A stretch of 64,000 bases of DNA from Lobosporangium transversale (Eukaryota). Each line of letters begins with the position of its first letter. Within the stretch, counting starts at the first letter, position 1. The DNA lies in contig NW_019029003.1 in assembly GCF_002105155.1 (NCBI RefSeq), positions 1-64,000 on the forward strand, written 5' to 3'. Made by a program: the position numbers and the translations under genes. Under the pieces are notes generated by a model, which saw only the letters and a list, made by a program, of their open reading frames with translations, was not told the origin of the DNA and made no database searches. This document shows positions 38,750 to 52,852 of this stretch, in pieces.

Positions 38750-39962
38750 AATGTGTAGCACTGTGCAACATGCAATGTAATGTAGCTTTGAGGCAAGGTT
38801 GACCGTTGACCGTTAACATGATTTGTCATACAAACAGTGGTTGTTTGATGATTAAACCAGCAGGCACGTCCATTCAATGGCCCACAATTGAGCCAACGAT
38901 GGACCAAACTGGTCCATTCAACCATCAATTTCTAATCTCCATTGCTTACATGCAGCATCATATGCACACGGACACATCATTGTAAATTCTCTCCCGCGGA
39001 GGAACAAAGAAACGATCTGCCGCCACATTCTCAAGAGATAAAAATAACCATTATTCTCAGTTGTAACCACCGATACAATCCTTTGACTGTTATGAACAAA
39101 CAAAACATGAGAGCCGTGGCGGATGCACGGCTGAATATTCGCATTTTTCCTCGATCACAACACACAAGGCGGTTGCTACAAATAACAGACTTGGCATGTC
39201 ATGTTCACTCTCGGATGATTGATATTTCATGGAGTAAAAAACATCCGTTAAAGATACATTAGAGAAAGTGACTAGTCCATTTAAGGCACAATTTCTTTTC
39301 TTGCTTATGCTTACACACGCAAGTCAGGGGGGGGGGGGGAGGCCAGGGCCTTATTCGTTTGGAGTTTATTTTTTGAATGTGAAAAAGGCTGAGCTCTGGC
39401 AAAGTATGTTTTGTCATTGTTCTTTTTTACTTTAATAATTAGAGTCTTTGAACTATATTCATGAGGCAAGGAATGATTTCTGGGAAAAAGAACGAAGAAC
39501 AATTATTCACTTTCACACTTTTACATTTTTCCTTCATTCTCTCCGCGGCCTACACGAATTGTAGCGGTCAGATGAAAAAAAAAAAAAAAAAATAGAAATA
39601 ATAAATAATAAATAATAAAAGATTTAATGAGTGATCGATGATTATCTTACACCTTTAGCTAAGCCCAACTCTTTGGAAATGTAATAGAAAAACGCAGCAT
39701 CGATATTGACTGAGAGCCATAGCCATCTATGTTTGAAGGTGTTAGTCCTCTCATCTTTTGTTCTCATTCATAAAGCCTTTCATGTTCAGTTGAAATATAT
39801 TCAAGAAAATAGGAAGAGAGGGCTGGCTTTTTTTTTTTTTTTCTCTGTTCATTCTCACTCCCACAAATGAACGAAGGTAATAAAAATAAAGTCCATATTT
39901 CTCCGTAATTGTGCTTTTATTGTTACTTGGTATATATTAGAATGAAATGAGAACTGAAAAGC

Positions 39963-39995
<33 letters not shown>

Positions 39996-40359
39996 TCCGA
40001 TTTCCAAAGAACTATTTTATGCTTGCTGATGTTATAATTCAAAAGTCTCCTAGCGCATTTTTCTTTTTTCTTTATATTGCTATTTTTGAATAGAGTATTG
40101 AATGGTGTCCCGCGTAATCAGTCCATGTTAATCATTTCCTATATTTCCAACATTTCCTTTCGGTGCCCCCTTCCCCTTTTCTGTCCATTCCGCGCCGTCT
40201 TTCTATATTTTATTCCTCATAAATTATAAATGTCTCGTGGTGTTTATTGAAGTTTGCTAGTCGTTGAGTTCTTTATTCATTGGATTCATTGCAATTTAAA
40301 AATAAAATAAATCTATTTAATTTGATTTGTAGAGGATAGCTTACTTAGATTACTGTTCA

Positions 40360-40391
<32 letters not shown>

Positions 40392-41535
40392 CTGATCCCC
40401 AGGTTGACGACTAAAAATCGTCGCTTGACAATCTGCTCCCAATTCCCCTGTCCCTGAAACAATTTTTTTTTTCTTCTTTTGTTTGGTCACAGCACGGACA
40501 ACACCTGTGCAAAACAAATATGCACATGCATCTTTTTTTTTCATAAAATCAATGCAAACATGAAGTGTGAGTGAGATGTGGGTGAAGAGAAGCAAAAAAA
40601 AAAAAAAAAAAAAAGGTCAAATGAAGATCGATTGATCGATGCAAGGCTAGAAAGAAAGTAAGAAGTATAGAGTAGCTTTTGGCATATTTAGTAAGCCAAA
40701 AATTGCTATGAATAAACGGTGTACGCTGTTGTATTTTTTGGCGGTCTATTTTAGATCCCGAGGAAAAATGGGCCGAGACCGACTTTTGAGCCAAGAACAG
40801 GCCATGCCAACAGACAAAAAAAAAAAAAAACTGTTGAAAGGGGCAATTGTAGAATTTTTTTTTTTTTTTTTTTTTTTTTTAATTCTATTGATGTGGCTCG
40901 TGTTTGCTCAGAACTAATTACTGCCTAAAAAAGATGTAGGATTTGTGCATGGTACAGACAAGGATAAAGGACAAGGAATAAAGAAAAGAAGGAGTCAAAG
41001 CAAGCCTGCCTTGATCGGGCTGATTGACTACAGCCAAAGGTTAGAAATACCACGACGGACGGTTGCTCAGGTTAGTATGAGAAGGAAACGCAATAGACAA
41101 TGTACATATTGTTGCAGTAAGGGTGAATAAATGAATGGTTGAATAGTTGACTTGGATACTATCCATACTAGAGGATAGAGAACGGACTATAGGAAAAGAG
41201 CCCCCACCCTTTTTCTCCTCTCCTCTCCTCTCCTTCCGCTCCAACTCCAACTCCTGTCCTTGTTCTTTTCCCTGTACCTGTTCATGGCCTATGTCTTTGC
41301 TCTTGCTCTCTATTCATGGTCTGCTTCTGGTATTCTACCGTGCGCCTGAATCTCTTTGATCATCACTCTAAAAAAGAGGGGTCAGTCATATAATTTACAA
41401 ACATATAAATAAATAACAAAATTAATTAACATTAGCAAAGTCAGTTGCAGTTGACTTAATAAACGTTGCCCAATCATTTGGAACTTCCCCTGACCCACAT
41501 TTCAAATAAAAAGAGATGCTCTTCCCTCCATTTTT

Positions 41536-41568
<33 letters not shown>

Positions 41569-41782
41569 ATTTTTGTTTTGTTTTTTTTTTTTCCTTTTTC
41601 AAAACTTTTATGCCTTTGACTTGAGTACATTCACAGTTTTAATGTCCTTTTGCTGTTGACATTCCTAACGCGCATTTCTCACGTAACATATTTCATTCCC
41701 GCCCTTGCATTTGTAAATTTTTTCTTCTTCACACTCTCCCTTTCACTTAACGACAATTACGATTCACAAGCAAAGAAAAAAA

Positions 41783-43428
41783 ATGTCCACCACATCTTCC
41801 GTTATGCTTTCCCCACGACAACCTTCACAGAAGCAACTACAACTTCTTCAATCTCCTGAAGAGGGAAGGCAATGTGTTCGATATACCTTTGGATATCAGG
41901 AGTCCGATCAGCAACCACCATTATTCAATGCCTTGCCCCCTTCCCCAACTTCACCTTCCATTTTTAGCGACTCTTTCCCATCGCCAACATCCCCTCGATT
42001 CCCTCCTTCCGCTTCTTCTTCTTCCGCTTCACTCACTCCAGTCAGGACTACTTTTTCTAAAGATTCATCACCGAAAATTGTCTCAACGTCGCTGGCTGTC
42101 ATGCATAGCCCAGCGTCCATGGAATCCATTAAAGCGGGAGTTGCAGCTATAAAATTAGCAGAGGCTAAAGCTAACACTGCCACCTCCACTACTCCCACCA
42201 TCACAGCGACAACCTCATTGCCATCGCCATCATCACCACAGGAAAAGGAACAGCGATCGGCACCTGTGCCTGTTGATGTGATTCCATCCATTCCCACCTA
42301 TCAGAGCAGCTCTAAAACGCTATGTAGCCCCAACTCTGGTTCTGGCTCTACAGATCCCATCTGGATTCCTTTGTCTGCACCCTCCCTCTCCATTTCCACT
42401 GTAACACAAGCTCCTTCATCTTCTCTTTCCCCACGTCCATCGTTATCGTCCAGGCCCACCAGCCCTGCCTCGGCCCTTTCTCCAATCCCCGCACCGGGTC
42501 CAGTTTATCTCAAACGTTCGCCTTCTACATCAAGCTCGTCCGTTTACTCGTCCTCATCCACTTCCTCACCACGTTCATTAAGTCGGTGCAGCAGCGTGAG
42601 CAGCTCTGTCAGCTTTTCTGGAAGTTTAGATCATCGATCGATGACGCGCAGCGGCAATAATGCTTCTCCTAGGTCGTCACCATCACCACCATCACCCTCT
42701 ACTTCTCCAAGCTGTGACAAGCCTCTTTTACTTGCACAGATTCCATCAACACGAGAGCGTCGGCCCTCCACTGCTGAACGCGCTGCATTCTTATCTTCAG
42801 CCCCTGTCCGTTCTCGAGGTGTAGCTCCAGCACGATTCAAGGACATGCCTCCCGTCCCACCTGTTTCTATTTCCGTTGCTACACCTTCATCACTGGCCTC
42901 TAATTCGTTACCTTCGCTTTCTACATTGAACTCACCCCAAAGCTCATCGTCACTCTCACGTTCGACCAGTATTAAGTCTCCTTATTCTCCATTGACTTTT
43001 GGAGGATGTCTTGAACTGGAGAAGCGCCGATGCTCGGATGATACCACGAGAGGTCATGGAGTCGCTCCCACTGTTGTCGCCACTACCTTGCCGTCAGCGT
43101 TATATATGAAAGGAGTTGATCATTACGATCATCCTATGACTCGATCCTCATACGAGTCGAACGACAGGAGCAGTACTGAGACAGATGTAAGCCGCTATAG
43201 ATTAGGCTATGGCTTGAAGGATCCAGTGGTTGAGGATATTGACCTTAGCCAGACGAAGAATCACAACGGCTCGACCACGTTCATCAAAGCTTTGCAGAAC
43301 AAGAGGAAGAACAAGACGAAGAAGAGCTTTGAAAATGACAAAGTTGATGAAATCAAGCCTGAGAAAATCAAAAAGGAGCGGAAGTTATGCTCTGCTTTTT
43401 CGATATTTAGCTTCTTGATGAAGAAGTG

Positions 43429-43429
<1 letters not shown>
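41783..43429 (+). CDS. Hypothetical Ser/Pro-rich protein (548 aa, single exon)
   Basis: Long uninterrupted ORF with an aaaaATG start. Low complexity with a basic C-terminus and no recognisable domain. Confidence 0.8.
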
Positions 43430-43456
<27 letters not shown>

Positions 43457-43459
<3 letters not shown>

Positions 43460-43520
43460 TGACCTTTTTAATGACTCCTTTTAATGACCTTTTTTTAATG
43501 ACTTTTAACGACTTTTTTTT
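43457..43520 (+). repeat. Imperfect tandem repeat of TAATGAC-Yn, about 5 copies
   Basis: taatgacctttt taatgactccttt taatgacctttttt taatgacttt taacgactttt, in the 3' region between two convergent genes. Confidence 0.7.
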
Positions 43521-43731
43521 CTCATGACAATTGTACAAGTATATCATGTCATCATTGTATTATTACGAACATCATTGACACATTCAATAAAAAAAGAAAT
43601 CAAAGAAAAGAACGTGTGCCTTAAAAACGTATTCATCTTTATTTCCAAATATTTTTTGTTATCGGTATGGCAAATATATGTGATATCCTTATTTTTTTTT
43701 TTTTTTTTTTTTTCACTTTCTCAACAGGTTT

Positions 43732-46502
43732 TCACTCCTCATTGCTTAGCTTCACACCAGCCCGAACATCTACATCTACATCCGTACTCACATCCAAGTC
43801 TGCCTGGATTTCAAACTTGTCTCCTTCAAACCATTTTTCCATTCGCTCCTCAAATGCAGCTCCTGGGAAGCTCTTGAAGTAGAACCGAGCCTGGACAAGG
43901 TTACGTTGATAAGCAGCGGGTGCATGGGAAAGCAAACTTGGGATTTTTAGAAGGATGCTTTCCAAATAACCCGGTTGACGAAGGCGGCTCACTTCATCGA
44001 TGGCATATAGCTCTTGAGCTCTAGCGATGTCTTCTTCAAGTTGTTGAGCGCGTGATAGTTTCAACTTTCCATAGTCATCGGATCCTACCAATGTAGTAGA
44101 AGAGAAAGAAGTAGAGGAGGATGTAGGGGGCGTGGCGATAGCACCAGAGGAGCTATCATCGCCCTGAATCGAACTGCTACTGTCGTCAGAACTGCTACTA
44201 CCACCATCCTCCGCCTCCACTTGTGAAAGAGCCTGTACCTTCCATGCATTTGCAATCTGAGCCAGCCTTCCAAGGAGCTTCTGCACCTCTTCTCTTGATC
44301 TCAAGACTCCATCAGTAAAATCAGGATCATACAATGAAGGCTTGATTGTGGGAGGTTTGTGAGTTGCATGACAAATAACGATATGCTGTCCTATATTTTG
44401 GTAATCCAACAAAGAATGCATATGTTTGGGCTCTGTCCTATTTTCGGCCTTCGCCTGACGATCCTCCTCTTTTTCAGCTTCAAGCCATGTACCCTCTTTT
44501 CCCTTCGAGCGCTTATGGGATGGTTTTAATTTGCGACAGGGTTCATTTGGGTCCAAGTTGAGACTCGGGGGACACCATGGCACTATTGACATATAAGAGT
44601 TAATACTTTTGAGTCGTCCCTGCAGCTTCTGAGAACAGTGTATACACATGTATTTTTTCATCTTATGGCTTACCAATATCTTTATCTGCGACAATACGCC
44701 AGTATGCCGGCTTATAGGGACTTCCTTGACAATAACGAAGCTCGTTACGTCCAAATTCTTCAGCAAATGTTGAATCCCCAATATTCGGTGCCGCCACACT
44801 ATAACAATCACGCAGGACTAACAGATCTGGATCGCTACTAAATCTGGCCAACATCTCTTGCAAAACCGTCCTAGTTCCACTTGGATGAGGATGGGAAGCC
44901 GTGGTCGTACTTTCTTCTTTTTCCTCTTGAATCAGAGGATCAGTATCACGAACGATCATTTGAAGACGGCCCATCACTATCGACGCAAGGGATCCGCCTA
45001 GTGAATGGCCCGCGAACCAAAGGTTGACGGGCTTGCCAGTCTTCGCCTTGCCTACTTTGGCAGTTTCAAATATAGTCTCCATTATCGTATTGAATGGATG
45101 GGTTTTATCGAGCGTCATCCTCTCATACCAGTTCAAAGGGGCAGGATCAGGGAAAAGAGACTCATAAAAGCCCTTGTGGACCTCGCCATATAAATATTCG
45201 CTCGCGTCAACACGCTGGAGCGTCATATCCAAGAGATATTCGTCTTTAAAAAAAAAAAAAAAAAAAGTCAATGATTATAAATTATTTAAACAGTATTTTT
45301 AAAAAAGGAAAAAAGACTTGACTCCTTTATACTTACTGAAGGCCAAAATAGAAGTGCCTTTGAAGACCAAGACGATGGATTCATCGTTATAGAAAAGACC
45401 TGCGAATGGTCCTCCCAAGGTCTTGAGCTCACTGATGCCTGAGAAGCGCATTCCGAATTCGCAGGTCGAGTTCTCATCGATGACCCGTTCACTCTCCAAC
45501 AGTAACTCTGCAGCCCTATCACGTTCCTCCTGGTTTCGAACATTGAGCAGGATTTTTGATGCTTGAGCCACGAGCTTATCGTCCCGTTGGTAGACCATGC
45601 TAGACATGATCAATAGCAAGTTGGCTATATGGTAGCTAAAATAAGGTTTGTCCCTCGGTGTCTGCTCAGCCAACTGTCGCACTGCTTCGTCATTTCCGTC
45701 TGGATCAACAAAATCTGGTTGAGTAATTGAGTAACAGATGCGAAAATTAGCATATGATTATAATCGGAGCCTAAGTAAAAAAAAAAAAAACTCCCAACAT
45801 TTCCGTTTTCCTTCTTTCCTTGCCTGTTTCGTCGAAAAGTGCGATCTGATCATCAAAAAGTTTTTTATAGTAAAATGCCCCAATTCGTGTATGATTGACA
45901 AGAATGACCAACAATCCAATACCCATCTGGACGATGAATAAGCCAAGAAGCGCAACGGGCAGGAATCCCATCGCGTAGACCCTACTGATCAGATCTCGTC
46001 CCGGAATCTGACTTGGGTGTAACAGATAGTGTACATACTGTGCTGTCCCATCCATCATGTAATTGATAAACTCTGTTGGTCGGATCGACAATGGTTTCTT
46101 CAGTGGTTGATCACGTGTTGTTTTCTTCTTTTGGAACATTGAAGTGCGCATAGAATGGGGAATAGGCAAAATGCCTCCACCAGGCTTAGTAGGACCCTCG
46201 GCTTGCGTGGGTAGAGGAATTGATTGTGTTCGAGCTTGTGATCGCTCTGGACCGTGAGGAGCAGTGAATTCATCCAGATGACGAGTGGTAATCGATAGCT
46301 TCTCTGGAGCAGCCTTCCTCCTTTGGTCCTGTTTCAATACCTTGCTCAGAAGTGGATATTGAGCAAGATATTGATCGATGGGGAGGACACCATGGACTTT
46401 TGTGTGTTGGTGTCCGTGTCCTTGTAGGTGCGCATGGCCTGTGATAGTTGAGGTGGAAGGCTCTTGGCCATTAGCAACAGTGGAAGTTTCTCCAGAAGTC
46501 AT
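43732..46502 (-). CDS. Class 3 lipase (alpha/beta hydrolase) with N-terminal transmembrane segment
   Basis: Exons 46502-45824, 45714-45337, 45243-44674 and 44582-43732; the first intron is GC-AG. Motifs IVLVFKGT, GEVHKGFYESLF, WFAGHSLGGSLA (nucleophile), YWRIVADKDIVP, LDYQNIG, LLSHAPAAYQ. Confidence 0.9.
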
Positions 46503-49500
46503 AGATATATGGGTAATGATTTGGGGAGAGGGGAGAATAAAATTATCTATCGCAAGATCAAAATAAAGTGAGGGGTATTTATATCATTTCAACAAGAACA
46601 GCGATCGATATATTTACGTGGCGTGCATGGCCATTTCCTACATGCGCAGAACGAAGGTCTAATTGTGCACAATCCAATGAGCACAGGCAAAAGAAAGGTC
46701 TGTTCCTCAATGTGAAAGCGATTTGGTAACATTGACCATCGTTCCCTATTTCTTTCCCTTTGTCTCACCCTTGTCTAGCCCTGACTTTTTGTCTTGCATA
46801 CATGTTATGCTAAGCATGGTTCTCCTAGATCTTTTTTTTTTAATGCCTTAGTCTTTCCCTCCCTCTCTCCTTTTCTTTTTGATATTTTTTTTATTCACAT
46901 GTCACTTTAAGTCAAGACTGAATAGACTTTGCATTGGATCCGAGGACTTTTTTTGACCAAGTGTGACAAAGCTCTCTTTGTTAAACGTTTATTGTGTGTG
47001 GTTAGATAATGGCTTTAATCAACTGAGGAAACAGGAAATAATGCATCACCAATGAATGGTTTGACTATGCATGATAAAGGTAAATTTATGCTTCTATGTG
47101 CGGCAATGTTGGGGCATGAGAAAAAGATAAAAAAAAAAGGTGCGGAGGCTATGCTTTTTTTTAATATTCGAAGCAATACAGCTACATGGGGGCGCAAATG
47201 GCATTTCATTTTACAAATCTTCTTCAAGATTAGGGGTGGGGAAAACAAGATTAACCGAATTGCTCATGATAGGGCTGACAGTTCTATGTGTTGTGAATGG
47301 GGAAGAGGAATGGTTGAGAGCATGGATATTTATTATTGCACATTCCAATGGAAGTTTTTTTTTTTTTTTTTTTTTTTTTTTTGGGTCTAAAATAATAATC
47401 ACGTGATATACGCATATCGAGTCTTTTCGACAACCTCTTGATTTAGCAGCCACAGTAGTTATTAGCTTCCTACACGGGTAAAAAATAAATTGCATTATCT
47501 AAAATGGTGGCAACACTCCACTATAACTGTGTTTCTCTTTTTCTTCCGCTATATTTACGAGCCTCCTTGGAATATGATAAATTCTACATGACCTCGGATA
47601 TCCTTCCGCTTCGCCCCTTTATTGCATACAGTGTGTGATATCCTTGTGAAGCAACGCCCACATCTCATCAACTCCCAGTGCCTTGAAACCAGGAACATTC
47701 ATTAGCGAAAACAGATATGAGTGGATACACAGAAACCAACCAAAGGCATGCTCGCATGAGAAAAATCGATAGAGTGACAACAATATTATCAACAAAAAAA
47801 AAAAAAAAAACGTTAATAAACTATGAAAACTTTCACTCTTATCGCCAACAGACACCACCACATCTTTGGTGATTTCTTATGGACAGCTGAGAAAGATCTC
47901 TTTAATGAAGCGGGACGGTGTATATTGGATCAAGGGCAAACCTAATGAGCGCCAAGGACTGCAGTAACTTTATGTATGGACTCTAGCTTCCCTGGTCGCT
48001 GTAAGTTGATGTCCCATATGATTTATATTTAGTAATGGATGAGAGCGGATCAGAGAAGCCTTACGCGAGCCCCTTCTTTATTTATGTGCCTGGACATCCC
48101 AATTAAAATAACCTTTCGCTTCCTATTGCAGATACGTTTCGTGTACTCAATCTCTAATAGCCTAGCTCAATATCACCATCCGTCCAGGCAACCATAGCGC
48201 CTGGAAAAAGGAAGAAAGCAAAGGGGTGGCAAAAAGTTCAGCAGCGTAAAGTATTAGGTAATTGACGATATAACTGACGTGGAAAAAACCGCACGTCGCG
48301 TTTAGAATGCTGCTCTCCATACAATACCAGCGAACGTGCGCTGTGCAAGCGGCGGGGTAATGTCATTTTGCCCATAATAAGGAGTAGTCAATACCAAAAT
48401 TTAAGAGAGCAACACAAATGGTTGCGACGTAAGTGGCAGGATAAAACTGTGACTAAGTTATTGAGCTGAGAGTTCGATGGGGGGTTTTTTTTTTTACAAA
48501 AAAAAAAAGGGACATCGCCTTTCCTCCCGCAAGCGATGAGAGAACATGGAAAGATGGATCCTGACCTTCGTAGCCAGCATCAAGGTTTTCTTGTTCGTGC
48601 CACACCATCCGGTCGCCAGCGCTACCTCTCTACCATCGGGGTCAAGAAGGCTGCCTAAGGGCTTGTTGTTCAGTTGGATCTCGGAAAATTTTCTTCGAGT
48701 TGGCGCGTGTCTTTGGGATGGTGGTCATTGGTAAGTGGACATGACCTCTGCAACATGACCGTGCTCGTCAAGCTTTTTACGTCAGGTATCAAAATCATCC
48801 CCATTACCCATATTTATATAGGCCTGCGGAGGCACATCTAGAGCATGACACTGAAGATTATTAGCCTCTATGTCACGCGTTCTTGACCGTTTTCGCTCTA
48901 CGCTCCCACAAAAACTTGGGTGGTCTGTTGCCCCCACAGATCTGTAGAAGTTTTGGTACTCTAATGAAATACCGTATTACTGAGTAGAATAGATGGGTAA
49001 CTTACACGTAGAAACCAAGATCCAATTATTAGTCTGTAATTTAAAATTGCGATAGGTATCAATAGCTTGCAATTTATTCCTTGGAAGTCCTATACACCAT
49101 CACTCCCTACTTTTGATACTTTTTTCTTTCTATCTTCAAATCCCATCACTTTTTCGATATTGTTGGAAAGAAGACCAAATAGTGTATAAAGACATAGGTG
49201 GGTTCTAGAGAGGAATATGCCAATGCTTATCACGTACTAGGGCTGAGGGATGCATCCAGAGGCGCTTCTAAGATCAAAATATTTAGTGGCGGCTATGGTA
49301 GGGCCAAATGTAAAGCGTCCGTCTAGCAACCAGAGTGTCGACCTTGTCGCTCTTTTTGATTAAGCCCCTTCAAGTATAAATGGTTTACTTAGCAAAGTTC
49401 TTGTAATTGAGAAGGACTAACCGAAAAGAACGGTCTTCTGCTAGCAACAATGATTACTTTTGGCCAGATGTGTGTGTTGATGGGTACTTTATTTGAACAA

Positions 49501-50700
49501 AACAAATATCCCGTGTGATAGCCTATTTTTAGAGTTTAAGGGAGTTGTTACACAGCATTAAACAGACTAAACATACTACCCTTAACTTCGACGTGAAGTC
49601 AATAACTCGCCAATTTAATCATGAGTAACTGACATGGTTCTGGATGGGCAACAATTATCAGCATTCCTCTCTTTTCTTCATACTCTTGCTCAATACAACT
49701 GATAAGTCTACCCTACATAATTCCAATCATACCATTCCAATGCTTCGTACTTGTATCAGTGAACTTTTTTAGGTAATATGTTTGATGTGTTCCATATACA
49801 TTAGGTCTTGCAAACATATTATGTCTTTAAGCTGTAAGTCCAATGGTTATAGCCGCACATGAGCCAGTCACACCGGACTTGAAACCTTGAAACATTGTCT
49901 GCGTAAGTCTGATGATCTGACTGAAGAAGTAAGGAAGCACAAGCTGGAAAGTTATATTGATGCGGACACATCAGGCTGGATTCGAATGGTTTCCAACCAT
50001 TTGTAGGTCCAGAAAAATGGTCCTATAGTAATCCAGAGGGGCGAGCTTATTGAAGTGAGAACAATGGAAGAACGAACCCTGTCCTCTAAATTTGCAACGA
50101 TTGCACAGGAAGGACTGGGTTATAATGGAGGCATTATGAAAGAATTAGTGCGATCATGCATGGCAAGATCATTGATGTGTTTGGAAAGGAGAAAGATTAG
50201 GAAAAAGGAAAAGGAGAATTGGTGTAAGATCACCTTTTTTTTTTTTTTATGTTTTTTTTTTAGCTCAACAATGCTTTATACTTTGATTGAATATAAATAT
50301 GCCCACATGCTCATAGCAGTGCAATATTAAAATGTAATGTGAGCGAAATGACAAAATGATTGCTGCCATTCTTTCGAAAAAAGCTCTCCATTCAAGCAAG
50401 CGTGAGATTCTGCATCTTTAGAAGCCCAAACAAATACGTACATGGTTGCAAACGAAGTTGTTTCTGAAAAAATTCTCTGTGCGTATATACGGCGTTTGAC
50501 TCTTTGTGTACCAGCTCCACATAGTCAATTTGTATCCTACTATCGGCCTGTTATGCCATGAGCAAACAAGCAATCTTTATTCAACCAAAAAATCAAAACC
50601 AAAAACAAACAATAACAAAAAGGAAACCATGATAACCTGACAATGCAACCAAGAGTTAAAAAAAAAAACTAAAAAAAATTACAACCCAGCCAGCCTCCCA

Positions 50701-51591
50701 TTATACTAAATACACCTGCATCCTCCTCGTTCCTGCCCCAAGACCTCGGACGCTGAGCATGCGAGCCGGCTGTGACCTCATGGCATCAAAGGGTGATGGA
50801 GGAAATGCATCGAGCACGCAAAGGTCCTTTTCACTACCGATGCTGCTATTGAGAGGTTCACTACATAAGCTGGGAGAGCTTGGGGAGCTTGAAGCAGACG
50901 ATGAAGACCCTGAATCGCTTAATGGTGGAGTCGATGGCTGCGATGAGGACGACGACCTAGACGCCGTGGAGGAACGGCGGTATGGATGAAATAAAGGTGA
51001 GGATGGCGAGGAAGCCAAGGGTGAGGAGGTAAAGTCATGAGGTTTTCGAGAGTGAAGAATCAACATATTGCGAGTCAGGTCCATGACATTATTGCTGGGG
51101 TACGATGTTGGATCGCTTGACCATTGCTCTCCTGCTACTCTGAGATGAGTTGAGGTCATAGTGGATTCTGTCCTGACATTGTTGGTGTGGTTCTCATGGA
51201 GTCCACATGATTCCGAAGATACTGCTACCATTGCCATTGATGTTACTGCCTCTGCGTCGTTGTCGTTGCTGTTACTGGCGGCTGTTTTTGTGGCCGAACC
51301 CTCTTCTGGAACTTGGTCATAACTCAGAATGTCAACGGCCATGGAGAGATCGGCGTCCTTCTTGATGCGAAAAGCAAAGACGATGCCTTTGGAGGTGTCT
51401 CCATGAGAAGGAGAACGAAAGGGCGTGCCCTTGCGTCGCCGTTGAACAAGATCTTGTGGTTGTGGAGACGGTGACGAGGCGAGGGAAGGGGAAGCAGAAG
51501 CATGCTTGCTACTGTTCCCTCCACGATAGGGATGACTGTCACCTCCGGCAGAGTGCCTTGTCTTCCTTACAGCGGTCTTTCTCTTTGCCAT
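50701..51591 (-). CDS. Hypothetical Ser-rich protein (296 aa) with basic N-terminus
   Basis: ATG at 51591 (MAKRKTAVRKTRH) lies inside the 415-aa ORF; the upstream part of that ORF is UTR-like pyrimidine sequence. The C-terminus looks ordered (LCVLDAFPPSPFDAMR...RGLGAGTRRMQVYLV). Confidence 0.75.
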   Translation of the reverse strand: MAKRKTAVRKTRHSAGGDSHPYRGGNSSKHASASPSLASSPSPQPQDLVQRRRKGTPFRSPSHGDTSKGIVFAFRIKKDADLSMAVDILSYDQVPEEGSATKTAASNSNDNDAEAVTSMAMVAVSSESCGLHENHTNNVRTESTMTSTHLRVAGEQWSSDPTSYPSNNVMDLTRNMLILHSRKPHDFTSSPLASSPSSPLFHPYRRSSTASRSSSSSQPSTPPLSDSGSSSSASSSPSSPSLCSEPLNSSIGSEKDLCVLDAFPPSPFDAMRSQPARMLSVRGLGAGTRRMQVYLV

Positions 51592-52379
51592 TGAATGAGG
51601 GAGTGCTGTACAAGGTAAAAAGAGGAAAAAAATGTATATAAAAGATGGAGGTAGAGGAAACAATACAAAAAGAGGTAAAAGTGCAACAAGAGAACGATAG
51701 GCAGAATGCAGCAGGGGTAGGAATAAAGATTGAAGCACGAGAATAGAGCAGAGCAGAACAACAGGAGCAGGAGCAGCGACGAGTGTGGAGTAAGGATGAG
51801 TATCGAAGAAGAGAGGTGGTGTCGTTAGTGCTCTTGGATTAAGAAAAGAAAACAAAAGAATAGAGAATAGAGAATAGAGAGGAGAAGAGTTGAAAGAGGG
51901 AAGAGCAGACAAAGAAAAAAAAAAGAAAAAAAAAAAAAAAAAAAACAAAAAGGACCTTTGCTGGGAAGAGGTGCAGTCCAGCGCACACTATGAGAAAAAA
52001 AAAAAAAAAAAAAAGAAAAAAGGGGGGAAGGGAAAGGAGGAGAACAATGACACACTCAAAACACACACTAAACTCCACTTCACTCCACTCCATTCTACCC
52101 CACTTATTCACACACATGCATACTGAAATAGTAGTCATCTTGGCTTAAAAGTAAGTCCTTGATTTCGAAACTACAATGCTTCTGTCTCAAGTAATGAACG
52201 TCAATCGGCAATTGGTAATTGTCAATGGCCGATTGTTCATTGTCATTACAAATGCCTAAGCATTACAAGAGCAATGACTTGAACGCTGGAAACTACAAAA
52301 AAGGGGTGGATTGTCAACTCACAAGCCACTCCAAGCTACACACGTTATAAAATTGTCATCCAAAGGTTCTCCATGACAC

Positions 52380-52807
52380 CACCATCGGTGAAGAGGGCGA
52401 TGATGTTTTTCAATACAATGAATGTTTTTAGATCAGATATTTTCCTCGAGAAACATGACGATCAAAGAGTGACGGTCAACAGATACAACTTCCTTATGGT
52501 CGCCATTATTGTTGAGTGCTCGTGTGTATCCGGAAGCTTCGCATTTGGAGTTGGAACACCCTTCAACGATATTTTTTGTCTTGACTGATGGACTCATGAT
52601 AGCTACAATTAACCAGGCCAAAATACAAACGATTAAGATGTTGGATGCTCGTTATCCATCGATACGATGTTACGTGTCCTTACTCTTTGAGAATCCGAGA
52701 GCTTCCGATCCTCTGGCACTCAACCTGTCCCAAGCTGTAGGTTCCTTGTGTGTCAATTTCAAAGTACATTCGAGATATCGAGTTTCAAACAATCACTTCG
52801 GTACTGG

Positions 52808-52852
<45 letters not shown>

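Noticed and set aside
30698..41359. Numerous 60-200 aa ORFs with poly-Phe/poly-Lys runs
   Set aside because: Artefacts of homopolymer tracts in introns and intergenic DNA.
48535..48790. Short GC-richer coding-like patch (QRYLSTIGVKKAA)
   Set aside because: Too short and interrupted by stops, with no identifiable family.
49870..50200. Frame containing KLESYIDADTSG, faintly like the Ty1/copia RNase H motif
   Set aside because: A single weak motif, with no LTR, RT or integrase remnants nearby.
51592..51948. Hydrophobic N-terminal extension of the 415-aa ORF
   Set aside because: Translation of a pyrimidine-rich 5' UTR from a TTG start; the real start is more plausibly ATG 51591.
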